This document shows positions 10,209-20,810 of a stretch of DNA of 64,000 nucleotides, piece by piece. A model generated the notes under the pieces. The model was not told the origin of the DNA. It searched no databases and saw only the letters and a list, made by a program, of their open reading frames with translations. The translations under genes were made by a program, and so were the position numbers. Origin of the DNA: a virus. Location: the IMG/VR virus record IMGVR_UViG_3300009149_000012, positions 84,882-148,881 of that record, one strand, 5' to 3'. Position 1 is the first letter of the stretch; each line of letters opens with the position of its first letter.

Positions 10209-11419
10209 TTGTGTACACCGTCCTTCGTGCTGTCGGCTTCGACCTTGCCTGCGTCGTCCAAGAGGTACTCATCGATGGTCCGGAACAGGGCGGTCTCGCG
10301 CCCATCCTTCGTCACCAAATACACCCGAAGCTCAACTTGGTGGCTGCGCATGCTGTCGACGAGCTTCATGAAGTGCTCGAAATGCACATTTGCAGCGAAA
10401 CCACCCACATGACCCCCGCCTTCGCCGACGTCGGTGTTGTGGTGAGTCAGTTCAACCGGAAGGTGGCTGGTACCCTTGCTGGAGCTTGCCGCCGCATGGA
10501 ACACGAGCGTCGATTTATCGAGATCGAACGTCACACGCATCTTGGTGGACTTGCCCAGGTACGGACGAACCAGGTTTAGACAGCCGAGAAGCGCTGCCCG
10601 GTCGACCATCAAAACGTACTGGTCGTACTTGCGGTGATAGTAGGTGAACTTCGGGAAAACCTCTGCCAGATGCGTCCAGCCAAGGAAGGCGCCCGTCTCG
10701 TCCTCCAAGAACGAATAGCCCTTCCCGATCCGGAGCTTGACAGTCTTGCCGCACTTACCGAGGAACGAGATGATGCTGGGCAAGTGCTCCGAAAACAGAG
10801 CCATGTGCTTGCCCTTGAAGATATCCGTCTTGAAGTAGAAGCTGCGGGTGCCGTCCGACGTCTGAAGGAAGCCGTCGCCCTTGGCGAAATCCTTCACGTT
10901 CTTGTCGAACATCTGAGCCGTGTTCCAGGTCGACACCTCACCCGTGTACTTGGCAAGGTACGGACGCGACCCCGACAGCGCCTCGACCAGGATGGCCGTG
11001 GGGAACTCCTGCACATCGGTCGCCGCAGCGTAGTCCTTGTCCCGGGTTGAGACCATCCGAGGATCGATCGTGGATGTCTCGGCGCTGCCATGGTCGCTGC
11101 TATGGGAGACCGTGTGGCCTTCCGCCTTCGCAACCACCTCGAAGCTCAAGATATCACCCGCATGCTGCAAGGACGCTGCGAGAGCCGCTGGGAAAGTGAA
11201 CGAACCTTCCCCGTCCTCTTTCTCCACATCCGACACCTTGAACGAGGCTCGTGCGACTCGCTGAACATCCGTGGAGTAGACTTCGCAAGTGTCGTCCTTG
11301 ACGTTGAACAGGTACGCAACCCCCTCCATGGAATCGCTACTCGTGATGGGGCTGGGTGTCACCACCCCCACCACAGCGGTCGCTGCCAACAGGTCGTTTT
11401 TGTGAACCTTGAACTTCAT
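10172..11419 (-). CDS. dnaN: DNA polymerase III beta sliding clamp-like protein
   Basis: MKFKVHKNDLL start, STD/SDG motifs, FPKF, 415 aa, context with clamp loader. Confidence 0.65.
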   Translation of the reverse strand: MKFKVHKNDLLAATAVVGVVTPSPITSSDSMEGVAYLFNVKDDTCEVYSTDVQRVARASFKVSDVEKEDGEGSFTFPAALAASLQHAGDILSFEVVAKAEGHTVSHSSDHGSAETSTIDPRMVSTRDKDYAAATDVQEFPTAILVEALSGSRPYLAKYTGEVSTWNTAQMFDKNVKDFAKGDGFLQTSDGTRSFYFKTDIFKGKHMALFSEHLPSIISFLGKCGKTVKLRIGKGYSFLEDETGAFLGWTHLAEVFPKFTYYHRKYDQYVLMVDRAALLGCLNLVRPYLGKSTKMRVTFDLDKSTLVFHAAASSSKGTSHLPVELTHHNTDVGEGGGHVGGFAANVHFEHFMKLVDSMRSHQVELRVYLVTKDGRETALFRTIDEYLLDDAGKVEADSTKDGVHKCVLTRYMPSYL

Positions 11420-11427
11420 CTAAATCC

Positions 11428-11727
11428 TCATTTGTCCGCTGATTCGTACGCTGCCAACGATTTCTCAACCGCCTCAAGCTCCGTTTCAAATTTGGTTAGC
11501 TCTGCAATGAGAGCCCCCTTCGCCTTCTCGACTTCCGCTGGGAGATTGGTAGGATCGTACCCAGCTTCCTTGACTTCCTTGACTAGCTGCGCCAGCGCCC
11601 CCTTCTTTTCGTCGAGTTTGCGCTGAAACTTGCCCTTGCGGTCTCGGACGTTTCGATGCCGCACGATCAAGCCTTGGATCTTCTCGCGCAACTGTTCCGG
11701 AGTCATGCTGTCACATGGAGATGTCAT
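11428..11727 (-). CDS. Coiled-coil hypothetical protein
   Basis: Packed ORF, heptad pattern. Confidence 0.65.
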   Translation of the reverse strand: MTSPCDSMTPEQLREKIQGLIVRHRNVRDRKGKFQRKLDEKKGALAQLVKEVKEAGYDPTNLPAEVEKAKGALIAELTKFETELEAVEKSLAAYESADK

Positions 11728-12535
11728 CTACACCACCTCTAGTCTTGGAACAGTTCCCCTCGTACTCGCAGAACCTACACGAGTCGCCGACCTTTGGCCT
11801 GAAGAAATGCTCGGCTGATTCCTCATCGATCGCCGCCTGTATTCCGTCTAAAGCGGACACAATATCGGACTGAAGCTTGTCGAGATCTTCTGGATTGAAG
11901 TCGACCCAATCGATGCTTTCGTTCGGCTCGAACCGCCAATAGAGAAACCCTGCCTTGTCGGCGGTCTCGTCATGCAGGCGGAAAAGCATGGCATACCAGA
12001 AGATCTGCATGGGGTCGATGTATTTGTGCCGCCACTTCGATCCCTTGCCATCGATGATCACAAGATCTGAGAACGGCGCGACCCGGTGGAAAATGAAGTC
12101 GGCGCGACCCCCGATCTGGTGCGGACCAACCCGCTTGTCCAGCTTCACCTCAGCGTCGGCTCGTGGACCGAGCAACTTGTGCTGTTTGACAGAACGAAGG
12201 CCACGAGGAATCGCTTCCCGCACGTCAACGAGCAACTCCTCTCGGCTGTCATAGTTCGCCCGCTTCTCATCCCAGTCGATCTTGTCACCCTTTTTCAAGC
12301 GGTTCTTGATCTCCCGGTCCGTGTAGGGCTCGACCATCGTCAGAAGCCGCTGCCGGGCATCTGGACGCCGCCAGATCTTTTTCGTGTAGAAATCTTCGAA
12401 GATCTCCCCCACGATGGACCCGTACAGGGCGTTGACGGCGTTGTCGGCTGGTATCTTGGTCTTGTTCACATACCGATGCCAGTACGCCTCACGGCACATG
12501 AGAAAAAGCTTGAAGCCCGAGTAGGAGATGTACAA
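11711..12535 (-). CDS. PD-(D/E)XK nuclease (RecB/Cas4-like, Fe-S Cys motif)
   Basis: SYS...C, GRAD, IIDGK, Q...YA, CRFCEYEGNC; TTG start after GAGG. Confidence 0.85.
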   Translation of the reverse strand: MYISYSGFKLFLMCREAYWHRYVNKTKIPADNAVNALYGSIVGEIFEDFYTKKIWRRPDARQRLLTMVEPYTDREIKNRLKKGDKIDWDEKRANYDSREELLVDVREAIPRGLRSVKQHKLLGPRADAEVKLDKRVGPHQIGGRADFIFHRVAPFSDLVIIDGKGSKWRHKYIDPMQIFWYAMLFRLHDETADKAGFLYWRFEPNESIDWVDFNPEDLDKLQSDIVSALDGIQAAIDEESAEHFFRPKVGDSCRFCEYEGNCSKTRGGVDDISM

Positions 12536-12536
12536 C

Positions 12537-13499
12537 TTAGCCCTCGCGCGCCTTTTCCAGATAGTCCAACGCCAAGCTGCGCACGTCGTCTGCGAAGTCC
12601 AGCGCCCGCACATTATCTGCAATCGCTCGTGAAGGGTCAAGCACCGTGTCGTTCTGTAAGCGCAACACGAATTGGTCGATGTTGTCTTGCTCTTGCTCTC
12701 GGCGTTGTTTGGCTTCGATATCGAACACTTCCGTGGCAGGCGCCACTGCAAGTGAGAAAGGCTCCATCCCCAAACCATGTTCGTCGATTCGGATGATCGC
12801 AACCTTGGGGATTCGATCGAGGTTGTCTTTGATGAGAGCCCCCCGGCTGATCGCACCCAAGTTCACGAAGTGCTTACCGTCGATGATCGTGATGCCCTGA
12901 TCCTTGTGCCAGTGACCAAAGAGCCAGCAATCAGGACCGTTCTCGCTCACCATGTCGCCGTAGCGGAAAACAGTCTCGTTGAACAAGTCATCGACGTGGG
13001 AGGGTGGGTTCTCTGCCGCCAGGGCATGCACAACAGCAATCAGGATCTCGTCACCAGTCTTTTGGATGGCGAGAAGGTCTTCCAGCTTGAGCGACGTGCT
13101 GTACGGCACCCCCACCACCCGCACGACGCGCTCGCCGGGAAAGGTCACCTCCCCCAACCGTTTGAACACCCCTGAGGCGTACAGGACCCCCAAGGGCTGC
13201 CGTTCCAAGGTCTCCAGGTTGCTGTAGGCGATGTCGTGGTTGCCCGGCACCGCCCACACTGGGCATGGATACGCTGCGTGGATCTCGGCGGTCTTTGCTA
13301 CGAGCGCATGACTGTTGCGGCTCGCTGCCTTGGTGTGGAAGAAATCGCCACCGTCGAGCACCGCAATCGCCTTTTCATCCCGGGCGAGCTTGCCGATCTG
13401 CTCAAGATTGCTCCAAATCTCCCCGGGATAGTCCCCCTTCCATGAGGCGGGGTTCCGGTCGCACGCATGCACGTCGGTTCGAAAGATGATGTTGGCCAT
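12537..13499 (-). CDS. sbcD: SbcD/Mre11-like metallophosphoesterase nuclease
   Basis: TDVH, GGDFFH, GNHD, GHWH. Confidence 0.85.
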   Translation of the reverse strand: MANIIFRTDVHACDRNPASWKGDYPGEIWSNLEQIGKLARDEKAIAVLDGGDFFHTKAASRNSHALVAKTAEIHAAYPCPVWAVPGNHDIAYSNLETLERQPLGVLYASGVFKRLGEVTFPGERVVRVVGVPYSTSLKLEDLLAIQKTGDEILIAVVHALAAENPPSHVDDLFNETVFRYGDMVSENGPDCWLFGHWHKDQGITIIDGKHFVNLGAISRGALIKDNLDRIPKVAIIRIDEHGLGMEPFSLAVAPATEVFDIEAKQRREQEQDNIDQFVLRLQNDTVLDPSRAIADNVRALDFADDVRSLALDYLEKAREG

Positions 13500-13500
13500 G

Positions 13501-14565
13501 CTACTCCAGCGGTTTCATACACGTCGGGCAGTAGCCAAGTGCGTCAAGCTCGGCCTGAGCTTCCAATTCCTGACGCTCCCCTTCTTCAAAGTCCGTCTGT
13601 GCCGTCGACACCTCTGAGTCTAACGCACTGTGCCGTCGATGTAACGCACGAACCTTTTCGAAGTCTTTGAGCGCATTGAGTAGCGCTTGGGGTTCCGGGG
13701 GCTCACCGATGGGAGGCCGAGATTTGAAGAACCGTTTGAACCGTCGAAGGGTACCAAGCCGAACGGCGATCCAATCGAACGTCTCCCAGAGCCCTTCCAA
13801 CCGGGCGATGTCCGGGATCACGATGTCACCGAGCCCCTCAAGATAGCGCAAATCCAGCGCCTTGTCCTTGATCTGGCTCGTGTACTGCTGAAGAACAGAC
13901 AAGCTCCCCTGCAAACCCTGAAGCCCTTCTAGGCGCTTCTGGACGTCATCCACGGGCCTGGCGGCATCGTCCAAGCCTTCGTATGTGTCGAGCCCCTCTT
14001 GGAGCCCCTGGACGTCCTTGCGGCGCACCTTGAGCGTCGCCCTTGCGTCTCGAAGATCCTTGTCGGCCAACCGGCTCGCCACGTTGATCTGATCGAGCCG
14101 GGCCACGTCGGACAGGGTGTCCGCTACCGCTGGACCTGAGGCGTCGAGAAGGAAGATTGGCCGGAACTGATCGGCGACTTGTAGGAGAACTTGCTTGTCT
14201 GAGACACGTAAAGGAAGGAAGTCAGGCGAAAGGAAGGAAGGGGTGCCTCGTTCGACCTTGTCGTAAGTCGTTCCGTTGACGATGTAGCGATTGACCGCAT
14301 CGCCCTTTTCCCACAGAAGATCCAGCCCAGGCGCTTTGATGTGAACGGAAGCAAAGCACTTGCACTTCTTTTGGCCTACGAGCCGGGCACACGTCGCGCC
14401 ATGACGCACGAAGTTGTTGCCCGCCCGACCTGTCAGGGCTGACTTGACCGCACGAATGACGGCTGTTTTGCCAATGTTACTTCGTCCAACGAGCGTGGTG
14501 AACCCGTTGATTGGGAGCACCACATGCTCGATGGATTGGAAGTTACTGATTTCGACTTCAATCAT
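13501..14565 (-). CDS. SbcC/Rad50-like ATPase, N-terminal half
   Basis: ISNFQS, Walker A GRSNIGKT, Q-loop, C-terminal zinc hook CPTC. Confidence 0.85.
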   Translation of the reverse strand: MIEVEISNFQSIEHVVLPINGFTTLVGRSNIGKTAVIRAVKSALTGRAGNNFVRHGATCARLVGQKKCKCFASVHIKAPGLDLLWEKGDAVNRYIVNGTTYDKVERGTPSFLSPDFLPLRVSDKQVLLQVADQFRPIFLLDASGPAVADTLSDVARLDQINVASRLADKDLRDARATLKVRRKDVQGLQEGLDTYEGLDDAARPVDDVQKRLEGLQGLQGSLSVLQQYTSQIKDKALDLRYLEGLGDIVIPDIARLEGLWETFDWIAVRLGTLRRFKRFFKSRPPIGEPPEPQALLNALKDFEKVRALHRRHSALDSEVSTAQTDFEEGERQELEAQAELDALGYCPTCMKPLE

Positions 14566-15805
14566 CGCCTTCGGGGTTGTCGACTTCCTCCTCCATGTCC
14601 TCTACACCGCACTGCTCCATCATTTGGTCATCGTCGAACACGCCGACTTCCGAAAGGATTTGGTCGGTCTCCGAAAGATCCGTGATGGGCTGCGGGGCCG
14701 TAGCGAGGATGGCAGCTTCCAAATCACTCTGAACCTGCTTGAACAGGGCGGGGTCCTCCATGAGAAGCTTGCGGAGTTGCTCACGGCCACGGACCTTCAC
14801 TTCGCCGATGGTGTAGTTGCCGCCGCCACCCGCCTGGATCACCTTGTGGGCCGAAGCCGCTTCGATCACCGACAGGTAGTTGTCCACCCCGTAGCCGTAC
14901 CGAATGAAGATGTGACCGCCCTGTCCCTGGTTGGCGTCGACCTTGGTCTTGACGATCTTCGCCTCGACCACGTTGCCGAACGGAAGGGAAACCTTCTTTT
15001 TCGTGACTGGGTCAATCCGTTCGACCTTCTCGGAGCGGACTCGCACGAGGCGCGTCCGACCATAGGCATAGAACTTGAGCGCCTTACCACCGGCCGAATC
15101 GCTCTGAGGCCCCTTGGCGCCGCCGCCCGTGTTGATCTTGGCTCGTTCCTGGTTGATGAACACGATCGCCGTTCCCGGGTGATCCGGGTAGTTCTTCGGC
15201 GGTTCGCTGAGCCAGTGAACCATCTTGGGAAGAACCTCGGACAGCTTGGATGCCCGAGCACCGACCTTGGCCGGGTCGTCGAGCTTCTTTTGCATTTCGG
15301 CCAGAGGCACCATGGCGGCAACCGAGTCAGCCACGACCAGGTCAATACCGGCTCGCATGCCGATAACCGCCATCTTGAAGCCCTCTTCCATGCTTTGGGG
15401 GGCGTAGTACAGAAGCTTGCTGGGATCGAAGCTCACGCCCACTTGCTTGGCGTACGCATGATGCAGGGCGTGCTCCCAGTCGAGGAACATGGCGACCCCT
15501 CCCGCTTGCTGACATGCGGCGATGGCAGCAAGCGTGAGGGTCGTCTTGCCGCTGGATTCAGGGCCGTACACCTCCCAAATCCGTTTGCGTGGGAAGCCGG
15601 GGCACAGCGGCGTGCCGGTTTCCGTCTTGGAACCTCCGATGAGGAAGTCAACGATCAAACTCCCCGTCGACACGTGTGGCAACGTATCGTACGAAGGGGT
15701 GAGGGGATCTTCTCCCGTCGCCTTCCGGATCAAGCTCATCGTCATATCGGCGATGATGGCTGACTCGGAGGTTGGTTTCGGTTCAGCCTTTTTACGTGGG
15801 GCCAT
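14558..15805 (-). CDS. recA: RecA recombinase
   Basis: STGS, EVYGPESSGKTTL, DSVAAM, FINQER, GGKALKFYA. Confidence 0.97.
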   Translation of the reverse strand: MAPRKKAEPKPTSESAIIADMTMSLIRKATGEDPLTPSYDTLPHVSTGSLIVDFLIGGSKTETGTPLCPGFPRKRIWEVYGPESSGKTTLTLAAIAACQQAGGVAMFLDWEHALHHAYAKQVGVSFDPSKLLYYAPQSMEEGFKMAVIGMRAGIDLVVADSVAAMVPLAEMQKKLDDPAKVGARASKLSEVLPKMVHWLSEPPKNYPDHPGTAIVFINQERAKINTGGGAKGPQSDSAGGKALKFYAYGRTRLVRVRSEKVERIDPVTKKKVSLPFGNVVEAKIVKTKVDANQGQGGHIFIRYGYGVDNYLSVIEAASAHKVIQAGGGGNYTIGEVKVRGREQLRKLLMEDPALFKQVQSDLEAAILATAPQPITDLSETDQILSEVGVFDDDQMMEQCGVEDMEEEVDNPEGDD

Positions 15806-15807
15806 GA

Positions 15808-16452
15808 CTACTCCATTAGAGAGAATTGGAAAAAGCGGTCATTTTCCCGATACATCGTTCCTTTTCGGGTGGTCATCCCCGCACGCTTACCTCTCGTGTA
15901 GGTGTGCGTTCGGGTGAAGGTGTGCGTTTCAGCCGGGGACAAGTCCTCGACCGAAAGGCATCCCTTCTGAAGCAACCAGAACCGGGCGGCGAACCGAGCA
16001 ATGTGGTACGCATCCGCCATGTTGTGGTTGAAGGGCCCCGTGATTCCGGTGTCGGCCTTGGCTGCGTCCACCATGTCGGCCTTGGTCATTTTGCCCTTGA
16101 TGACTGAAGGATCAACCTTCGTGAGGGCTTTGACTGTGACCGGATCGAAGTAAACTACATCCTTGCGCCGAGAGTAGATCGCCTCGTTGGTGTACAAGAA
16201 CAACCCGTAGAGCCCCTCAGACCACAACTCCCCGAAAGGGGGCGACTCGACACCCACGGCCTCGATCGCCGGGTAGGTATCGAGAAGCTCACCCACCTTT
16301 TCCCGCATGAACATGTACCGGGAAACGAAGATCTGCTTGGCGTTCGTCTTGAACATCCCACGTTCGACGACGCGTAGCGGTCCGGAGGCATCCGAGTCGT
16401 GAATACACCACCCGAAGCCCCGCAGAGACGGATCGAGCCCCAAGCAGATCAT
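15808..16452 (-). CDS. ruvC: RuvC-like Holliday junction resolvase
   Basis: LGLDPS, VE, K.DM, NMADAY. Confidence 0.8.
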   Translation of the reverse strand: MICLGLDPSLRGFGWCIHDSDASGPLRVVERGMFKTNAKQIFVSRYMFMREKVGELLDTYPAIEAVGVESPPFGELWSEGLYGLFLYTNEAIYSRRKDVVYFDPVTVKALTKVDPSVIKGKMTKADMVDAAKADTGITGPFNHNMADAYHIARFAARFWLLQKGCLSVEDLSPAETHTFTRTHTYTRGKRAGMTTRKGTMYRENDRFFQFSLME

Positions 16453-16455
16453 GGG

Positions 16456-17310
16456 CTAGACGTTTTCGAGGATACTGTCGAAGTCGTCGCTGCCCACGTT
16501 GCCAGGTCCGTCCATGCCGAGCTTCGCCCGAAGATCCGGCGTCGACATCTCACGGAAGGGAACGATCTTCTCGTACAGTGGGAAAGCCTTCTCCAAGACC
16601 TTCGCCTTGAACGAGTCGCTGCGTGTCCACAGAGCCGGGCCGGCGCCGCTCACGTCAACGTTCTTGAATTCCTCGTTCTTGCACTCCAACAGCAAGTCCT
16701 GCGAGGCGAGGCTCACCTTGTTCTCACGCAGGCTCTTGGCAGTCTTCCAGATGCCTTCGTAGATCTTGGAACCGAAACGCCAAGGGATGACGTCCCACTT
16801 CTTGGCGAGCAGATCAGGGTCGACGGTGCCGTCCTTGTCGGTCGGGTAGATGAGCAACACGGTCGTGAAGAACTTGCGCGACTCTGGGAGTTTCTTCCAG
16901 ACTTCGTCCGCTTCCGGTCCGTCGAGGCCAAGCCGGCTGATCACGTATCCGAGCCCGTCCTGGTAGTGCGCGATCAGCTTCTTGAACTGAACGGTACCAG
17001 TGTTGAGCTTCTGGATCTCGGTCATAGCATCCACGCCGACACCCAACTTCTCGGAGTAGGCTGCCATCGCCTTCGACCCGATGTCGCGCATCTCGTCCTG
17101 CGTCAACTCCCGTCCTTCCTTTTTGGCTTTCTTGACGGCCAAGCGGACAGCCGTCACGTGCACTGGGTGGAAGTACACCAGCGCCACACGGTCGATCTGC
17201 CCCTTGCGTGGGCTGTACCAGTCGGGACGGGCGTTTGAGACGCCTTCCTTGCGGTCGTCATCATCCAAGCCGATGTCGTCGAGAAAGTCGTTGTAATCGA
17301 AGTCAGGCAT
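16456..17310 (-). CDS. Putative single-stranded DNA-binding protein
   Basis: Position beside recA/ruvC, aromatic core, acidic tail DDFDSILENV. Confidence 0.5.
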   Translation of the reverse strand: MPDFDYNDFLDDIGLDDDDRKEGVSNARPDWYSPRKGQIDRVALVYFHPVHVTAVRLAVKKAKKEGRELTQDEMRDIGSKAMAAYSEKLGVGVDAMTEIQKLNTGTVQFKKLIAHYQDGLGYVISRLGLDGPEADEVWKKLPESRKFFTTVLLIYPTDKDGTVDPDLLAKKWDVIPWRFGSKIYEGIWKTAKSLRENKVSLASQDLLLECKNEEFKNVDVSGAGPALWTRSDSFKAKVLEKAFPLYEKIVPFREMSTPDLRAKLGMDGPGNVGSDDFDSILENV

Positions 17311-17425
17311 TGTGCGATCCTTTCGCAGTAGGGTTGCCCAAGGTCCACAAATGCTAAGCGGGTAAACCTCGGACAAGCATCCGGTTTCTTCTACACCAAT
17401 AGTTTGGGGATTCTGGTAGAAATCG

Positions 17426-18157
17426 TCACAGGTTGTCGAGAATCTGGTCGTACTCGTCGTCCGTCATGGCGTCCGCAATCAGATCCTCTTCCGGCTCGTC
17501 GGCGGGGAGGCTCGACACTAGGGTCAGAACAGGCTTTTCCGGCACCTCAACGGGCACTTCAGGCGCGTTTTGCTCGGCCTCGTGCTCTTGGAACAAGCGA
17601 TCGATGTCATCGCCACTGAACCCGTCGTCGACCGCTTGCTTCGAAATCGGGAAGTTGTTCGATGTCATCGTCTCGCGCTCGTCCCCGAAGTAGGACTTGG
17701 TGTCCAACTCGTCACGAAGGAGACTCCGCTGAAGCCGGATTTCGCTCATCGTCGACTTCAACTCCCGGTGCACCATCCGCACAGCCTTATCGACGAAGTC
17801 TACGTTCTGGATTTCGGCCTTCAAAACGGAAATTCGCGCCAGGTTGTCTCGGAGCCGGACGTTGATCGACGCTTCACGGTCCTTGATGTTCGGTAGGTTC
17901 CGGATGACGACGTCGCCCTGCAAGATCTGATCGGCTTCGACGGAGAAAACGGTCTCTTCCCCTTGTAGACCCGTCGACAGGTTGTGCTTTTCCTCGTTCA
18001 ACTGTTGCAGAAGGCGAGCGACGTTGTTGAGGTAATTCCGGCACGTAGCGATCAACTCGTTGAGGTACCCAGCCCCGTGCCCCCCTGGGTTTTTTACCAA
18101 GGTGATCCGGTAGCCGTCGATCTCATCGTAGATCTCTTTGGCTCGCTTGGCATCCAT
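17426..18157 (-). CDS. Coiled-coil protein with acidic tail (possible recombination mediator)
   Basis: Long helices; tail DDEYDQILDNL. Confidence 0.6.
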   Translation of the reverse strand: MDAKRAKEIYDEIDGYRITLVKNPGGHGAGYLNELIATCRNYLNNVARLLQQLNEEKHNLSTGLQGEETVFSVEADQILQGDVVIRNLPNIKDREASINVRLRDNLARISVLKAEIQNVDFVDKAVRMVHRELKSTMSEIRLQRSLLRDELDTKSYFGDERETMTSNNFPISKQAVDDGFSGDDIDRLFQEHEAEQNAPEVPVEVPEKPVLTLVSSLPADEPEEDLIADAMTDDEYDQILDNL

Positions 18158-18160
18158 AGG

Positions 18161-18577
18161 TCAGTCCTCACCCAACAGCTTCAACAGACGGTTGTCGTAG
18201 ACTCGAAGGATACCACCCAACTCGTTGCGAGCCGAGTTGGTCGCCAGGAACCCCCGTGCCACGGCATCCATGTAGCACATCGAAACGACCTGCTTGGACA
18301 TGAGCGCATGCACGATGTTGGACTCATCCCTCGTGAAGTTGGCCGGGGGAGCGTCCTCGTGGAGTTGCTGCACTTCGGCGCCATGACCCCGGCTACTGGT
18401 CAGGCTAATGAACGCCGACTTCTTTCGACCGGAGCGGTCACGGTCCTCGATCGAGAAGCTAACCGTGATCTTGTCCGTAGCGATCTCGGATTGAAGCTTG
18501 TCGAGTCGCGCTCGTTGCGCCTTGGTCAGAGACTCCAAAGGCTTCTGGGGCGACTCAGTCTGGGGCTTGTTGGGCAT
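18161..18577 (-). CDS. Hypothetical protein
   Basis: GGAG RBS, packed. Confidence 0.65.
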   Translation of the reverse strand: MPNKPQTESPQKPLESLTKAQRARLDKLQSEIATDKITVSFSIEDRDRSGRKKSAFISLTSSRGHGAEVQQLHEDAPPANFTRDESNIVHALMSKQVVSMCYMDAVARGFLATNSARNELGGILRVYDNRLLKLLGED

Positions 18578-18597
18578 GTAAATCTCCTGCCCAGTAT

Positions 18598-20748
18598 CTA
18601 CACCGAATCGCAGACAATCGACGGTACTTCAGACGGGGTTGATGCAGAAAACTGTGCGGAAACACGAGACCCAAATACGGTGTTCCGATGCTGCACCCGG
18701 TCATTGTCAATCGCCCGGCTGATCGCCCGTCCCTCACCCAAGAGCCAGACCTTCTCACGAGCCCGAGTCAGCGCCGTATAGAACAGGTTTCGTTGGAGCA
18801 TCTGCCCTTGACCATTGAAGATCGGCAGGATGATCGTGTCGAACTCGGAGCCCTGGCACTTGTGGACCGTGATCGCGTAGGCAAGCCGCAAGATGTTCCA
18901 AACGCCGGCTTTGGAGAACACCACCTCTTGCTCTGGGGTGTTGCCCTCAGCATGAATCCGCATATGCAAGCCGTAGCGGGTGATGGCGACCAACTTGCCC
19001 ACGTCCCCATTGTACACGCCAAGGTTGTAGTCGTTTCGGATCACCATGAGGCGGTCGCCGACCCGGACTTGAAGGGGGCCAAACTTACCCTCCGTCTGAC
19101 CACGCGCCGGGTTGAGCCGCTCTCGAAGCGCCTCGTTGAGCCGATCCACCCCGGCGACACCCTTGTACATGGGGCTTAGCACCTGGAAATTCTCGTCTCG
19201 CTCTTTGAGCTTGGCGCAGATCTCGACCACCAGCCGAACAGCGTCCTCTTGAGACGCCATCGAAACGAATTGAAACTCGGATTTCTTGGGGTACTTCAGG
19301 GGAATCATGTGCCCACCGTGAATTCGGTGAGCATTGACCACGATCTCTCCCTTGTCGTCTTGCCGGAAGATGCGGGTGAGCCGAACGTGCTCCACCTCTG
19401 GGCAGCTTAGAAGCTCTCGCAGGACATTTCCAGGACCCACGGACGGTAGCTGTGCATCGTCACCAACGAATACGACCCGGGTACCAGGCTTGAGCGCTGC
19501 CAGAAGCCGATACAGCAATTCTTGGTCGACCATGCTGACTTCGTCCACGATGACGACGTCGGCATCAATCGGCAGCCCCCCTCCATGCCCCCAATTGGAA
19601 CCATCGTACTTGAGCCCCCGATGAACCGTCATGGCAGGCTGGTCAACGATGCCGCCAAGACGCTTGGCAGCGATTCCGGTAGGGGCGAACAATCGAAGGG
19701 TCAGCCCGGCTCGTTGGAATACGTCTGCGAAGCACTTGACCAGCGTGGTCTTGCCGGTACCGGGGAGCCCCGTCAGGACCAAGACGTTGTGCTTGAGCAG
19801 TTTATCCACAGCAGAACGTTGAATCTCGTCCAACTGTATCTGGTTTGCCTTCTCGTACTGGGCAAGGAACGTTGGGACGTCCACGCTGAGCGAGACCTGG
19901 GTTCTAACGAGACGGCTGATCAGATCAGCAGATTCCTGTTCATACTCGTGAAGGGTCCGCAAGTAGACGCCAACGCCACGTTCCTGGACGATGAGGTGTC
20001 GCTGCGCCAGGGTCTCCAACCCCACATCCAGGTCATGATCCAGCACCTCACGGTCCTCGAACTTGAGGTTCCGCAAGACATGAGGAAGCTCCCACCGACC
20101 AATGTACAGATGCCCCCGGTGGGACTGCTCCCTGAGCGCCCACAGGATCAACCCACCGAACCGTCTTGGGTCATCCGCTGGTACCCCGACCACCTTGGCG
20201 ATCCGGTCGACCATGTCGAAGGACAACGATGGGACGGTCATCAACTGGTAGGGGTCCCGAGAAATGATCTCTGGTGCTTCCACTCCGAAGACAGCGAGGA
20301 TATCCCGGATCTCTCGACCTGAAACTTCGCAGGCTTGAAAGGTGCTCGCGAGGCGGCGGGTGACGTTGAGCCGCTCCCAAGCCAACAGGAACGCCGTCAA
20401 CTGGTCATAGGTGGCGTTGGGACCGGACATTGCCAGAATCTCGTCCGGCTTTTCGTCGATGGTCTGGTATGCGTCCGTACCGAAACGGCGGGAGATCCCG
20501 TAGGCCACGCCGGATGGCAGGATGCGATTCGAAAAGGCGTTCGTCAGGAAGACCTGAACGTCTTGATAGTCCTGTGCCCAGGGCTCCCAAGACTCGATCT
20601 TGACCTGACGCCCGTACTTGCGATGGTCGATCCACTCACCCGTGAGACGAAGCGGCATCTTTGGGACCGCCCGAGACAACCCCGGGAGGTACCCACACGC
20701 CTTGATCACACGATCGGGGGCACCGTCCGTGTCATAGACTTCGAACAC
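18598..20748 (-). CDS. recD2: RecD2-like SF1B helicase
   Basis: GLPGTGKT, APTGIAAKRL, VDEVSM, GDDAQLPSVG, YAITVHKCQGSE; frame stays open about 65 nt upstream of this start. Confidence 0.93.
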   Translation of the reverse strand: MFEVYDTDGAPDRVIKACGYLPGLSRAVPKMPLRLTGEWIDHRKYGRQVKIESWEPWAQDYQDVQVFLTNAFSNRILPSGVAYGISRRFGTDAYQTIDEKPDEILAMSGPNATYDQLTAFLLAWERLNVTRRLASTFQACEVSGREIRDILAVFGVEAPEIISRDPYQLMTVPSLSFDMVDRIAKVVGVPADDPRRFGGLILWALREQSHRGHLYIGRWELPHVLRNLKFEDREVLDHDLDVGLETLAQRHLIVQERGVGVYLRTLHEYEQESADLISRLVRTQVSLSVDVPTFLAQYEKANQIQLDEIQRSAVDKLLKHNVLVLTGLPGTGKTTLVKCFADVFQRAGLTLRLFAPTGIAAKRLGGIVDQPAMTVHRGLKYDGSNWGHGGGLPIDADVVIVDEVSMVDQELLYRLLAALKPGTRVVFVGDDAQLPSVGPGNVLRELLSCPEVEHVRLTRIFRQDDKGEIVVNAHRIHGGHMIPLKYPKKSEFQFVSMASQEDAVRLVVEICAKLKERDENFQVLSPMYKGVAGVDRLNEALRERLNPARGQTEGKFGPLQVRVGDRLMVIRNDYNLGVYNGDVGKLVAITRYGLHMRIHAEGNTPEQEVVFSKAGVWNILRLAYAITVHKCQGSEFDTIILPIFNGQGQMLQRNLFYTALTRAREKVWLLGEGRAISRAIDNDRVQHRNTVFGSRVSAQFSASTPSEVPSIVCDSV

Positions 20749-20810
20749 CAGGACGTAAAAACCGTCGGCGTCGTGGATGACTTTTTGAATCCGTCCGGCA
20801 ACATATATGG

